A DNA stretch of 64,000 bases, from sequence record ON529858.1; one strand, written 5' to 3'. Shown here piece by piece: positions 63,417 through 64,000 of the stretch. The position numbers were made by a program, and so were the translations under genes. Every line of letters begins with the position of its first letter. The stretch's first letter is position 1. A model generated the notes under the pieces. It saw only the letters and a program-made list of their open reading frames with translations. It searched no databases and was not told where the DNA came from.

Positions 63417-64000
63417 TCGAGCCCGCCAACTTCGATCCGTCGCACCTCGTCGAAGCCATCGAGACGAACGCTTTCGACTATCACTGCACCCTCTGTGGCG
63501 CCACGGATGCGTCGGCCGACGTGCGGCTGGCGGCGCCGTGTGAGAAGGCCGCCCTGCACCCGGACAAGATGGACGACTTCTCCTTCCTGACCACGCTGGC
63601 GCGCACGCCGGCGATGACCAAGGCGACGAAGGCGCGGCTGCTGAAGGTCGCTGAGCGGATCGCCGGCGCCGACCACATGGTTCCTGGCACGGCCGAGGAC
63701 ATCCAGGCCCTGAAGCGAATCGCCAAGGCGCTCCGCAACGAGGACGCCTTCACGCTCCCGCAGAAGGACCCGGACCTGCTGGAACGGCTCGCCAAGGACA
63801 TCGACATGAACCGGACCTACGGGATGCCGTGGCTGGCGCGTCAGGTCTGGGATGAGCGGCTGGAGGACAAGGAGATCGTCTCGATCCTGCGGTTCCATCC
63901 GCTGATCCAGGACCTGCACATGGTCAACGGCGCCATCCCGCAGCCGACCCATGGCGATGACCTGAAGCTGGTCCAGCGGCTGCTCGTGACCGCCCAGGTC
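63413..64000 (+). CDS. Hypothetical protein (3' truncated)
   Basis: ATG at 63413, open to the window end. Confidence 0.55.
   Translation, partial: MIEPANFDPSHLVEAIETNAFDYHCTLCGATDASADVRLAAPCEKAALHPDKMDDFSFLTTLARTPAMTKATKARLLKVAERIAGADHMVPGTAEDIQALKRIAKALRNEDAFTLPQKDPDLLERLAKDIDMNRTYGMPWLARQVWDERLEDKEIVSILRFHPLIQDLHMVNGAIPQPTHGDDLKLVQRLLVTAQV

Noticed and set aside
2428-63952. Many long antisense or alternate-frame ORFs in the track (e.g. 9305-10510, 17632-19188, 21280-22578, 55910-57739)
   Set aside because: They are shadows of real genes in GC-rich DNA, with no motifs or RBS and Arg/Gly/Pro-biased composition.
1-64000. CRISPR array, retron/DGR reverse transcriptase, IS element, integrase, rRNA
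   Set aside because: No regularly spaced repeats, YADD-type motif, transposase or rRNA sequence was seen. The two HNH genes are free-standing, with no flanking intron evidence.

Overview
This GC-rich 64-kb window has the gene content of a large lytic phage of an alphaproteobacterium. A GcrA homologue, an alphaproteobacterial-type XRE regulator, NAMPT, RtcB and ACP point to a phiCbK-like Caulobacter/Brevundimonas phage; this is inference, with no database search run. No capsid, tail, terminase or integrase genes were recognised, so this looks like the early/middle accessory region. After a short + block (1-2370: primase-associated ATPase end, wHTH, XRE), genes run on the - strand from 2443 to ~31857 and on the + strand from 32006 to the end, diverging at ~31900. 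More than 20 copies of one sigma70-type promoter (GTGTTGACA-N17/18-TA...-ACGAC-GGAG) drive them. Recognisable functions include DNA ligase, NAD salvage (NAMPT plus NadM-Nudix), HD/Mesh1-like and MazG-like hydrolases, RtcB, SPFH, a BCS1-like AAA ATPase, a GcrA with a duplicated N-terminal domain, AlkB, ACP, ArdC, a methyltransferase, a cupin and a PEP-utiliser His domain. The most striking feature is a tandem pair of tRNA-shaped genes (53586-53859, 53883-54142). They have recognisable acceptor, D and T arms and encoded CCA, but their anticodon loops are replaced by ~200-nt inserts that are homologous to each other and that I cannot assign to group I/II introns or tmRNA. They are followed by a methyltransferase and a cupin. 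A second oddity is two hypothetical proteins that look like strings of short signature motifs from PolA, ribonucleotide reductase, terminase and helicase.
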